From the NCBI GenBank assembly GCA_964016885.1, contig OZ024752.1, positions 2,852,001-2,916,000 of the forward strand: a stretch of 64,000 nt of DNA, in the 5' to 3' direction. The translations under genes were made by a program, and so were the position numbers. This document shows, piece after piece, positions 13,693 to 26,506 of the stretch (positions are counted from its first letter, which is position 1; the number at the start of each line of letters is the position of its first letter). This stretch comes from Eledone cirrhosa. Taxonomy: Eukaryota. Under the pieces are notes generated by a model. The model did no database searches. It was not told where the DNA came from and worked only from the letters and a program-made list of their open reading frames with translations.

Positions 13693-16600
13693 CCAATATC
13701 AGCATCATTCCTATTGGCTGATATAATGTTTTTTTAAGTCTATTTTAAATATTTTCATCTGGCATTCATGGCTTGAATAATAACATATTTCAGCATCTTC
13801 GTGTTCCTATTTCGTATTCGAAATGAACAAGACATTACCCCGTATTCTTTGACGGTATATTTTAAAGAGCATCAATGACGGCAATGAAACCTGTGTAGAA
13901 GTCACGAGAATCACAATTATTCCATGCTTTGCGTGTAACGCAAACACTGAGGAAGCTACAGCAGTTCTGTTTTTTTTATTATTACTATCACAGAGGTTTG
14001 TATTACAATAATAGCGTTTTTCTTCCAAAGGTCAAATATTTAAAGTAATAATTTGACCTGAATTTACGTCATACTGAAAGATGTCTGCAGTAGATGACAT
14101 GTCTCATTCCTCGTCAATGTTTTCTTAGAGCAGTGGAGCACATGAAATGACTTCCCTAGATGAAGTATTGTGGGCACTAACAAATTTGTGATTGGGGTAG
14201 AATCCATAGCTTAATGTCGTAAATATCTTCTATATTTGAAGAAATCATAAGAAGAGATCGGGGACATGATGGTTAGACATGAGATTGAAGTTGCAACGAT
14301 TCTTGTTCTGAGGTGCAAGTCAATTTAATGGGTGATTCGGATTTGTTGTGTATAGTGACCCAAGTAGTAAACACTGCGGTGGTATGGAACAAATGAGCTG
14401 ATGGACGTAATGACAGAATAGATGGATTATAATGGTGACAGAATAGACGATGATATTGGTGCCGATGAAGATGGTGATCATGCAGATATTATCGGTGTGG
14501 TAAATGTTCACCAAAATAAGGGGGGGATAGTAAACCAAGATAACATAAATATGGACATATATACCAGGACACGCGTACGCACACGACTTTCCTTCTGTAT
14601 AAGTATGTAGAACTTCCCCAACACATATTCTGGTGCACTGTAGTAAGCACATTTATTGCTACACGTATCTGCATATACAGTATATACAATGTGCACATTC
14701 ACACACATATCTATACATACAAAGAAAATGATATGCGCACATCTCATATATATTCCCACACATAGCGTTATACACAACCAGTTATCCTCCTACACGACAA
14801 TATAGGTTGGTGTATAAGATTCTACACCATGTTGTGTTTCACATTACTACAAGTAATTACACGCGTACGTTTCTGTTTGAGTAATACACTTGCGAGCTTT
14901 AAGTTTGATTTATATTGGGTTATTGTACAGAGAAAAGGTTATGAGTGATATCTAAACTAGAAGCTAAAATAGTATCAGTAATATTGACGGTATGTATTAG
15001 ACATTGTACAAATTATGTCACACTTATTGTTTTGGATGAAATCATAGACTTACAGTTTTGAGCTAATGCAACAAACGAAATTCATCACATTACTTTCTTT
15101 CCTTTTTGCAAGTGTAATTTGTGTTGTTTCAGTTCTCATAACAACAGTTTAGGCATTATAACCGTAGGACTAGCTTAGATATAATGTGAAATCCATTGTG
15201 TAGAGTTTACGCATTTTACTATTGGTACTCATTATCGTTTTTCTTTTCATTCATCATATGATAGCTGTCTAAACACATTGACGATAATATATGGAAATAT
15301 CTTATAATCATAGGCGATATCAGAAGCGCTGTCTTCAAATGAGTTATTTATTTATATCATTAATTTCAAAGGAAAAGTTTCATTTAGCATTAAACCATTT
15401 GTATCAAATATAACTTTATTTAGAATTGAAAAATCATTACAGTGTATACGCTGAATAACAGCGTATAAGGACAATGTTTACATTAATGAAAAGATAAATG
15501 GCAAAGCATATGATAATAGTATTGACCTGATCGACACAAACAGATCTGTTTCATTACAGTGTTTTTATTTAGTCACATCGTGACTAAATATTTGATGAAA
15601 TACACTGATATATTATATGATTTACTTTTCAAAATAATCGAAAAGTTACCAGGATTCAGTAAAATAAAATAGGACAAAAGGACTTTTCATAAGTGATTCA
15701 ATGCGGCTGTTGATGAAATGAAAATGGCTGGTTATAATGTGAATGTGAATGGATGTCGATTGCTTGAAGCATTGCTGAATGAGAAATACGATTCTACCAT
15801 CCATCAACAACTCTTCCCATATTTCTAAGCCCATCCCCACTATTTTCCTTGTTTTGATGATTGATAACATTCCTAAAATAAAATCCTATCGTTCCCACAC
15901 TTTTGTCAGTCCTTTCATCCTCTTTTCTCTAATTCCTATTACATTGGCACATGTAATCTGACACGAATTATCGGGCTTCGAAATACTTTAACTTATTTCC
16001 TACTTAAATTTGTTATTATTATATTTTTTTAATATGAACGGTATGATACAAGGGCCCATTCATTTACAAACCCAAAGTGGCCTCAGACAGGATAGTAATA
16101 AAAGTGTTAAACATTATAATGCCTCAGTGCTTACGTATCCCAAGCAAGCGATATATTATAATATCACCGAGTATTTCATAGATATTTATTCTGCTACTCT
16201 CTTGGAAATTTGCAGAGGGATGATTGCTTTGTTTTGCTTTAGCCATATATTGATCATAACTAATGGTTCACTTGTGAAAATAAAACATCCTTTTTCTCTA
16301 AACTGCAATAACACTATTTAATTTGTTGGCTAGGATTGTAAAAGGAAGAATCTCATTGGTCAGCCTGACATTGGATGAGAAAGTGATAATATATTGTTTC
16401 TGTATCAGTCATGTCAGGAATTTCATTTCATGCATTGTCATTCATGATTTCAACAGAAGTATGAATAGACGACTTCCTGAATATAATCTTCACCGTATTA
16501 TAGTCACCTATAGAAATGTCAAACATGAACTGTTTGGAAAGATATGTGAATAGGAAATACAGAGTTTACTAACATTTTATCATCCCTTATTCTAAGAGAA

Positions 16601-19049
16601 TGTCAGCTCTGAATTATAAATCGTAACACGACCAATAGCGTGCTTTAATGTCTTCGAATTTCAAGTATTCTACTTTAGTAAATTGATCTGCAACAAGCTA
16701 GTCTTCCTATAGATCGTAACTTTGTAGGAATCATCCAGTGGGAACAATGGTTTGCTATTCATAGTTTGTTTCAGTGCAGTATCAATATTTGATAGTTAAC
16801 AACATTTTAAACTTTACATTCCCCCACAGACACGGAATAGAAATACCTAACGTAGATAAACGCATAATTTGCTTTAGTCATATATTATATAATGATTGAA
16901 GGGGAAAATCACGTGATCCTTGTGTAATAATTGTGTTATTTTAACAAGCAGATATTAAGGTATTAAATTACCAGTGGATGTTTAGTGTCAATATCTGTAC
17001 AAGTAGATATGTGAGTACCCCACAAAGATGTTTGCTGGATTTATTTATGAGTGATTAGGTTATTTTATAAACTTCAGTCAGGGTTAATTTAACTTACTAT
17101 CAAGTGGTTCCGTGTCGATAAAATAGTAACAGGTAAATGATTAAATATACCTTTCAGGTATCCTATAAATGAATGAAATTACAATAGAAAAATATCTATA
17201 TTGAACATTATTACTATTAGGTGCCTGTAATCTAAAATAGTGCCAGGCACTGATGGCAATTGAGAAACTGAACAATAAGATAAGCCGACAGAAAACATAC
17301 AGAGGCTCTGATATTTTCTGCTCACTTTTCTTGATGCATATGTTTTGGGTTTCCGAAGCTTTATTGCTGGTTAAGTTTGTCATAGTCGTTCGCAAATACA
17401 CTTTCATCCCGTGGTAATATTACATTGGGTATTCGAGTCAATTGGTCTCACATTTCAACACAAAAATTATCTGAAATTTTGTCAGTGATTAATGTATTCT
17501 GGAGACACTACGTTACGTCAACTGGACCCCCACAAGCATTAAAGACGATAGATATGCCTATATTTATTAAAGATTAAATGGTGACGATTGCAATAACAAA
17601 CTTCAGAGATCTCACAGATCATAGCTGAACCGTGTTTAACTAATAGTATTATTAATATCAGTGTTAGAGCATCTGAAATTATATGGTATTGAACCCCTAG
17701 AACCAGTAGGTAAATATACTTACTTTACATGAAGACAACTTCAAAAACAATAACTGCAATAACAGCTCTAGAAAAATATAATACCTTCATTTTAATGACC
17801 TTAAACAATTAGAGTACACACGTATTTAACATGCATTTTTCTCATCAAACGTTAACATGTCTTAGTCAAAAGGACATCGTTACCATCGTTACAACTGTAA
17901 AAAATTGCAATAAACATTTCATCGTTTTGGTTCACTGTGACAATTCTCTCACCGAAAATAGAAAAATGCAAGATGTGTGTCATCAATGATGACCTAAAAT
18001 GTACTTTTGCTAAGTTACTTTTATTTTTTTTCGGAAAAATACTACTTTATGCTTCTCCTTTTATAAGTGGAGAATATATATATATTCCATTCACACTATC
18101 ATCCTCATAAAATGTGCTCGGAGTAACACAACGACATAATATTAAATGAATATCCAGAGCTCAGTCAAATGCGAAAAGAAATATTTAAAAAAAGAAATTT
18201 AGTTCCTGTAGAAAAGGGAAAATAAATCATGAAAGAAGTAAAAGATGCCGTCAGTAACAAATCTGCTATTGTTCTTGCTTTGTTGTACTCTTCACGTTAG
18301 TAAAAAATGGAAAAGAAAACATAAAGGTACGAGGAAATGCATGGTCGTGTGGGCATATTTATATAATTCTTTCATTTTTTCTCTCTTGTTACATTCACGA
18401 ATGTAAGTTTTCACATATAACGCAAAGAACAGAAACTAATTTTTCTCTCATCATTTACTTTTATGAGCAAATCAGAATGTGCTTCTTTAAAACGATAAAG
18501 CACTATAAAAAACAAAATACACTATAGAATAATAGCAGTTAAATAAACACATAAAAACAACTTTTAAAGCAGGAAACGAAAAAAGAAATTAGAATGAAAT
18601 AAGCAAACGAAAAATGAGTAGAATGACAATCAGGAAACAAAAGATTTAGCGGGTATGGATAATCTCCAGCTATACATTGTAACATCGTGGAATGCATGAC
18701 AAAAAAATAATATATCACAGTTTCGTTCCTTACCTACTTGTCACCTGGACAATGGAGAAGTTTCTCCAGTAAGGTGTTGATTGATTACAGTAATTCAGAA
18801 TCCAGGTTCTGCACCTCCCTAAACAATACCCATTTATCAGGATGTCTCAATGCGAAAACAGCAGAAACATTGACAGAATGAGTTGGAATCGCCTCAGCAC
18901 TTAACATTTAAGTCACCTTTTTCAAGAAATCGAAAGTAAAAAAAAGGACACACATTTATATATATAAATATATATATATACATGCGCGTGTGTGTGTGTG
19001 TTCATAAATGTGAATATATGTATGTATATGTATGATATGTATGTATATA

Positions 19050-19083
<34 letters not shown>

Positions 19084-19430
19084 CTGCAAAAGAAAGAGAG
19101 AGGGAAAGGGACAAATCCGAAAAAATGGCAAGGCACTTTTCACACATTCAATAATTTTGTAGCTGTATCCAAATGTAAAAGATCTTTCCTTCTTTGCATT
19201 CACATTGCACATTATTTTATTGTATATTTGCTCTTTTTGTTGTTCGTACCATCCCTTAGAGCAGAATTATATCCAGAGACATTCAAAAGCAGTCATAAAG
19301 GAATTGCTTTCTCGCATAAATTAACATTTCCTATAAAGATTTTGATTAATCTTTGATCTCACTTCTATTTGTTCCAGCAGACACGAATGAAAAATATTCC
19401 TGACTAAATGTAAGTGCAGACTTGCCAGCA

Positions 19431-19481
<51 letters not shown>

Positions 19482-20237
19482 TTGTATTTATGTATGTTTG
19501 TGTGTGTGTTTTGGTCAGTTATTTTCTAGTGATTTATTTGTGTAGTTTGTGTTACTTTCTTTGAATATAATAGATGGAACATGTCTACAAAAACACATAA
19601 AGTCACTGGTCTATTACTAAATAACGTCAGAAGGGCCATTCCTTCACCATTACCATCACATCAATGTATTGTTCTTTATACATGATGTATGTATCTCACA
19701 TTTACTTGAAACTCGAGGTTGCATCATTTATATCTAACATCATTCATTTTCTTTCTTCTTTTGCTAAGCCATCTCAACAAACATTACATCGAATTCCCTA
19801 TTTTAGATATCTTATTGTACAGTTGGTGAGCGGAAAGGGAATAAAAAAAATAAAGAGAGACAGGAAAGGAGAGTTTGACAGAGGCTGGGACAGAATGAGA
19901 GGTGAGATTGATATTGAGGAGGCATACGTTACATTTCATACAAGTTGATTTCTAGTTCGTAACGCTTCAAATATGTCCAACATTGCAGTACTGTTTGACC
20001 ATATAAATAAAGTGGAATTTGAAATATTCCTCAAACTAAACCATGATATAAGATAGCTGGTACATAATATAGAATATTATTTAACGTGTATTAAAATTAT
20101 AACTATATAATTACATGGTGTTTCATAACAGGGAGAAAACAAATAATTTGACTGAACTAGGCTTTCCTATCAACTGATTGTTCTTCGTGCATAATAATCC
20201 CCTGAATTAGCTTCAGGTGGCTAAGATTACCTGAGTT

Positions 20238-20569
20238 GTTATATGAGGGCTATGATAAATAATATGACGAATATGTTGGGCTTGCAATGAGAGCTTGGGC
20301 ATTCCATTCTTCGACCAGTTGATTCATTGATTCCTTGTGGAAGAAATCTTATTTCACCTTTCTCCAATTTACCGTAGAAAGAGGTTGTGTCGTCACTGAT
20401 GCCAAGCTGTATCGGATATTGCCTTTCCCTTGGACGACATCGGTGGCGTGAATATTGTTGACAGTTTTGCATGAACGACTACTGTTCTTTCAAAACCAAA
20501 CCTTTCCCAGGATTATGCCTCATTCGGAAACTTTCCAGGTGCAAAACAGAGGAGGGTTATATGAGGGCT
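20238..20569. mobile_element. SINE-like insertion with a 14-bp target-site duplication
   Basis: GTTATATGAGGGCT at 20238-20251 and 20556-20569. The interior (gatgccaagctgtatcgg..gcctttcccttgga) resembles an octopus repeat recalled from memory. Confidence 0.65.
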
Positions 20570-21677
20570 GATATATGTGCCCATGTGTTTTACAACAGAT
20601 TCTTATATCTCTATCCAGCCGTTACACAAAGACAATCAATAATTTCTATTGTTTATCTTATTAACGACATACAATTGTAAAAATTATGCGTCATAAAATC
20701 TTGAATAGGAAAGGACGTGAATAAATCTTATATACCACTAAAATTACAGGACCATCATTAATGAATGGCATTTGATAAAACGTCTCCTACCTTTCACTGT
20801 TGTAGCACTAAGTAACAACATAATATATCTTTTCTAATTCAAAGAAAAATGAATGTAAACCAACGTTTGTTTTTCCCTCCGCTCTATCTTGAGATGAGAG
20901 TGCTCTTTGTCAAACAAGGCGTGCATTTATGAAAATGAATGTAAAAGATAAAACACAACCACATATATATTCGTCTAATAGTACAATTTGGTTTAGGAGA
21001 GTTTTTCCTATAGCATCCATTAACATTTGCTCTCTAAAGTGATCTTGGGATATCTTGGATCAAATCTGATCAGCCTCTCTTTTAGTGATAGCATACAATT
21101 CCCGTGAGATAACAAACATCATTTCTAGGCTTGGCATTTAAACATTGCTTTAATCTTTTATAGTGAAAGTAATCTTTATGATCTCATCAACATCAATTAC
21201 TATTACCAATTACTGTTAAGTCAAACACTCCTCAGAAAATATTCTGAGCTTGTCTAAAAATATTATTTTTTTCCATATCTGTAGTAGTTACTTGTTTCTA
21301 CAACAATAATGATTCCTTCATCTTCCATTTACTCTTTCTCATATCCGATGTGTTTCTATATATTTTTCTCTTTCCTCCTCTTTTAATAGAGTTTTAGATT
21401 TTCAATACTGTACGAAGATGTAGAGAAACAGATGTCAGTATTCATTTTACGTGATTCAGTGGCAAAATACCCATAGAGAGAAAATGACTTGATAAAACAA
21501 TGGAGACAGTTAGCAAGCAACGTATTATATAGGAGATCTTAAAAAAATAAATTCAATATTATTTGAAGAATGAATTCTTTAGAGATCCTTATTATTTATT
21601 GTTAAGGCTCGGAATTATTTTAACCGTGTAAGAAACAATGTAATTGTCTAAAATATTTAATATCCATCTCGAGTCTG

Positions 21678-21850
21678 GAAGCTCATCAAGTCGGTGCTTA
21701 TCCCAGTTTCCGAGGCGTTAGGAGCGTACAAGAAACCCTTTCTGGACAAGATGTCTGTCCATCACAGGGTTAAACCGTCAGCTATTGATAATATTCCTTT
21801 TCAGCTGAGTACATTTGAGAAACGTGAAACGGCTTACTTTGCTCAATGAA
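21678..21850 (-). mobile_element. Decayed SINE body related to family S2
   Basis: gtgcttatcccagtttcc...cagctgagt..aacgtgaaa..cttactttgctc resembles the reverse complement of the S2 body. Confidence 0.55.
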
Positions 21851-22185
21851 AACATGCCTCAAACAATTTCTACACACAAACGCACACTCACGCAACACAC
21901 ACAAAAATACACCAACACACATACGCACGCACACACATACACTTACACACACGCACACACACACACACACACGCAGACAGACACACATATATATATGCAT
22001 ATTTCCGTTTTGAATTTGTTTTGCGATATTTGTTATCTGAAAACGTGTGTTGAAACATATATTGTTATACTTAGGTACGTTCGTGTTGCCAATAAAAACA
22101 CACGCACCTGTCGGTTTTCACTTCAATTTATTATAAGTTTCCGGCTGGTTGGTTGGTTCGATAACCGGAAGGTAGTTTATATATT

Positions 22186-22228
22186 GTCAAAGCTCTTTCG
22201 TCATACATTATGTGACATCCTCAGTGAC
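22186..22228 (-). ncRNA. Hammerhead ribozyme F1, intact core
   Basis: Reverse complement: GTCA-CTGAGGA-T-GTCA(CATAATGTA)TGAC-GAAA-GAGC-TT-TGAC. Confidence 0.75.
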
Positions 22229-22785
22229 TAGGTTTTCATTTTGTGTGTCTCTCCTTTGTTCTGTCCTACACGATCTTGTGTTTGTGTGCTTAGTTTGCGC
22301 ATACTTTACATCCGGGTGTGTGTGTGTGTTGTTATTTATTTATTTATATGTTTATTTACTTGTTCTATCTGCGTGTGTCTGATTTGTTTTGTTAGTTTGG
22401 TCTTTGTGTATGTCTGTATGTCTTCAATTTGTCCTGAATTACTAGTTGTGATGATGTTATTCCACTCAGAGAGGCAACAAATGTAAACGGACATTAAACA
22501 GAACATTAGACAGAAACCTTGAGTGGAATAGTAACATCGCAACTAGTAATTAAGTACAACATGAAGACATAGAGACACACAAAGGGACCAAACTAACAAA
22601 ACAAATCAGACACACAGAAATAGAACAAATAACCAACTAGTGACAAGTAAATAAACACATAAATAGATGAATAAAAACAGAAACCCCCGGATGTAACGCA
22701 TGCGCAAACTAACCACACCACACCGCACACAGAAACAAGATAGTGTTGGACAGAACAAAGGAGAGACACAGCAAATACAAACCTA

Positions 22786-22828
22786 GTGACTGACAATGTC
22801 ACAGAATGTTTGACGAAAGAGCTTTGAC
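22786..22828 (+). ncRNA. Hammerhead ribozyme F1, core mutated (CTGACAA)
   Basis: GTGA-CTGACAA-T-GTCA..TGAC-GAAA-GAGC-TT-TGAC. Confidence 0.6.
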
Positions 22829-24168
22829 AATATATAAACAATCTTCCGGTTATCTAACAGCCAACCAACCGGAAACTTATAATAAAGTGATGTGAAAATG
22901 AAGAGGTGCCTGTGTTTTTATTGGAAACATGACCCTCCCAAAGTATAAATATATGTATATATATATAGAAATCACATGAATCAAAGTTCTGTTCAAACCA
23001 TTTATTAGCTTACAATTGTTTCGTCCAAACTGACATCCAGAAACATATGTATATATCGATGCAGAGTGGGGTGACATCCATTATAATATTATAGCATGGC
23101 AATTTACATTCAAAAATTGAAATCATATTAAAAGAAAATTAAAACAAAATTAAAGTTAAAATACAACATCGGCAGTTTACGAAGATAATGCAATATGTTT
23201 TTATGTATGATAAAGAAGCTTTTGTGCAGAGAAATATTAAAAATGAGAAGCAAAATAATGTTATGGTTTTCGTATACACCACCATTTTCACAATCCAGGA
23301 AACGTAATATATAGATTATATGTCCTTCACATAATCTACGATGATTCAGTATTGGATGCTTGATGTATTAGGTTAGATTATTACAGCTTGTTGTTCTTTA
23401 ATCCAATTTTATAGAGCAGGTTGTTTTTGTTGCGAGAATTTACATCGTTTTATTTTCCGGAAGTATGTGTGTGATTAAGGGGAGTTAATACGTGAGGGGA
23501 GGTAACTAGCTGATTTCTATAACTAAATTTATTATTCCAATGTACATTAAACGATGTTGCAATTGAGTCCTTTAAATATATGGTTATAAACAGTTTCTAA
23601 ATGTAAGTATCCTATCTTTAAATTACAGTGTGGTCTATCAAGAAGTACAAAAGGTGTCCATATTAGGATGATTACCCTCTATCATAGAGTGCCACCACAC
23701 TGAATATTCCACATGAAGAGTCAGATCTCCAAATCAATGATCTTTGTAAATGTAGTCTACCCACAGAACCTGGCAGGGTTTTATTAGAACTACGTCTATA
23801 TACAACCTCTGGTAAGCTCTGGGTCAGCGCATGTCTGATTGGAATGGCAAAGTTAAATATCTCTTGGGTAGACCAGAGAGCAATTCTCACTTACAATGTC
23901 ATTAATCTGTCTATCAAGTCATACATGTATGTATAACTCATATACCGCTTGTACATAATTCATTGTACTCAACATATAGGTTATATAGCTCTTTTATGTT
24001 AATACGTTAATCTTCTATTTATCCAATGATGGCACTCCATACACAGAACAACAATAGCACAAACAATTCAGTGTTTAAAGTTTACATTTAATTATATAGT
24101 GGTGTAATGTAGTCTAAGTAATGTAGTCTAAGTTAATACTAGATATATATAGTAATGTAGTCTAAGTT

Positions 24169-24214
<46 letters not shown>

Positions 24215-24454
24215 GAGGTGAGTAATATTGTAGAACAATAAAACTATGCATGTATCAGATAAGTACCACTCAACAGTAGATAGAACTGGAGGATATATAA
24301 AGAAGAAATTAAGAGATGGTTAAAAACGTTCCTTATATTTTATTATGCGCATTTCCAAAACAACATCATCCTGGGACAAAATTGTGTTCCCGTCAGATAA
24401 AATAAGGTAACGTGATATGAGGCCTAAAAACACTTGTGAACAAGAAAGTGTCCA

Positions 24455-25713
24455 ACCTACATGTGACAAAATTATAAAAGAAGAGAAAAATAGGAACAAT
24501 GAAGAAAAAGAAAGAAGACGGGAAAGGAAAAAGAAATAGAAGAGAGGAAAAAGTAAGAAAGAAGGAAGTGAGAGAAATAGAAGGAGAGAGAGAGAGACTT
24601 TTGATCATGGAACGCTGTCAAAAATGAAAACAGCAGTAAATAGCGGTTAAAAAAAAAAAAATTGATGCGGTGTATGCGCTAATATTACAAATATTAGAGG
24701 TCTAGAATATAGAAACTGGGTTTATTATTTTAAATTGAGTTTGAATACTAAAAATTGGATTAAGTGTAAAAATGTATTAATAAAATAAAATAAAATTAAA
24801 TTAAACATAATTATAATCATTATAAAAAAGGTTTTTTAAAATAAACTAAAATAAAATAAAATAAAATAAAATAAAAGAAGATAGAGTAGAATAAAAAATA
24901 AAAATAAGAATAGTCTATATATGTCAAAATGAAAAATTACTATTAAAAAAATTATATTTTAGATCAACAAGTAAATAAAGGAAATTGCTAGAAAGGTTTA
25001 TAAACGTAGAAAGACATATGACGCCATAGTTTGTTTACAAAATCTACGAATTTGTGAACGAAAATTTAAGGTAGTACAGGAGAAAAGGTGAAATGCTTAA
25101 AAATGCAGAGAAAAGTGAATTAATACATTGTAGAATATAATGAAATATGTGAGAAAAAATGTGTGAAAAGATATATGTGTAAAAAATATATATGTGTAAA
25201 AAATTAACTGTTATTCGCAGAATATGTTATAGGACATTAGCTGTACACTTTGTGAAATATCTTAAAAGATTTATGGATACAAAGACCAAATAAGTCTGTA
25301 CGTCTAAGAGTTGAAATACGAGATAATGGTAAAATTTTGCGCTAGGCAGAAATTACAAAATCTAGATATGGAAGCATTTTTGAAAATGAATTCACTAAAA
25401 TTATACGAGGACTTAAATTCAAAAGGAAACCCTTATCAACCTTAAGAATACAATTAATGACCTTAATTCTTCTAAAAAACGTTTTAGTTCATTCTGACAA
25501 AACAAATAATTTATTTGGCATAAGTAAGGATAACTATAATAACCTTATCCTTAAAGAACTAAGAAAAAATTATCGTAAAACTACCCACGATAATCTTTAG
25601 TCTATTAATTTTGAAGCATATGAGATAATCACATGCACCTCATAAATATATTTATTTATTTTTCTTAACCTTTATTTACAGCTGTATTCATTTTTGATAG
25701 CGTTCCATGATCT

Positions 25714-25789
<76 letters not shown>

Positions 25790-25895
25790 CTCCTTCTTTC
25801 TTTCTTTTTCCTCTCTTCTATTTCGTTTTCCTTCTTCCGTCTTCTTCATTTTTCCTATTTTTTCTCTTCTTTTATATTTTTGTCATATGTAGATG
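24455..25895. repeat. Pair of inverted copies of about 230-265 bp (24455-24680 and 25630-25895) containing (GA)n
   Basis: gatcatggaacgctgtcaaaaatgaaaacagc versus gctgtattcatttttgatagcgttccatgatc; ctacatgtgacaaaa versus ttttgtcatatgtag. Confidence 0.8.
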
Positions 25896-26230
25896 ATGAT
25901 GCTCAAAATATATTGCCGAAAAGGGAAGGGTATATCGTGATGATGCTCTTTTCACTGTCTTAAATTGTAACAAAGTAAACTTTAATATTATTAAGAAAAA
26001 TATACTTGAACTATCTAAGCATCTTAACTTAAAAATAGAATTCGAGAATAATGATGAATTAGAAAATTTCCTAGATATACCCCTTAATCTAGATACCGGC
26101 CTATATTACCCATACCATAAGGATAATGAGAATCTAAATTATGTTAACTTTAAATTAAACCATCCTAATAATGTTAAAACAGCTATAGTCAGAAGTGTTG
26201 AACTTCTAATTTATCGTCTAATACCAACTA
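25260..26230 (+). mobile_element. Naiad-like PLE RT fragments, interrupted at 25630-25895
   Basis: FENEFTKIIRGLKF; VLVHSDKTNNLF (DKT motif); G(L)YRDDALF; NFLDIPLNLDTGLYYPYHK...YVNFKLNHP. Confidence 0.85.
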
Positions 26231-26318
26231 TTTTAATAATGCGTGATCCAGGGCTGGATATCCAGACAAAATTAAATACATTAAGGAAAGTTTTGATACT
26301 TTCAGGGATACTATCAGG

Positions 26319-26506
26319 AAATAGTTTTTTTAATTGTGGGAGTGTGGTGGCGTTAGCTGTCAATCCATTGTATTATCTGCCCGTGCTGGTTTCCGTATTA
26401 GCAGTGTTGAATTGTGTGTGGTGCTAATATAGAAACCAGTACGGGCAGATAATACAATGGATTGACAGCTAACGTCACCACACTACCACAATTAAAATAA
26501 CTATTT
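26319..26506 (+). mobile_element. Fold-back of a PLE-like end (85-bp arms, 26319-26403 / 26422-26506) retaining only the 3' half of an HHR
   Basis: Near-perfect inverted repeat; GAAA-CCAG-TA-CGGG at 26432-26445 follows the apex. Confidence 0.75.

Larger units (their letters stand above)
22002..22948 (-). mobile_element. Fold-back insertion of PLE family F1 (arms about 22058-22468 / 22520-22948; tail 22002-22057)
   Basis: The inverted repeat reaches the last codons of the GIY-YIG ORF (EWNNIITTSN, compare HEWNSNITTYN at 32191). It has the same tail-less breakpoint as 9205. Confidence 0.9.

Noticed and set aside
18729-18830. Possible minus-strand exon ending at AG|GTAAG
   Set aside because: No recognisable protein and a weak acceptor.
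19360-19420. Good acceptor and GTAAGT donor flanking 33 bp
   Set aside because: Stops in all three frames and no supporting neighbouring exons.
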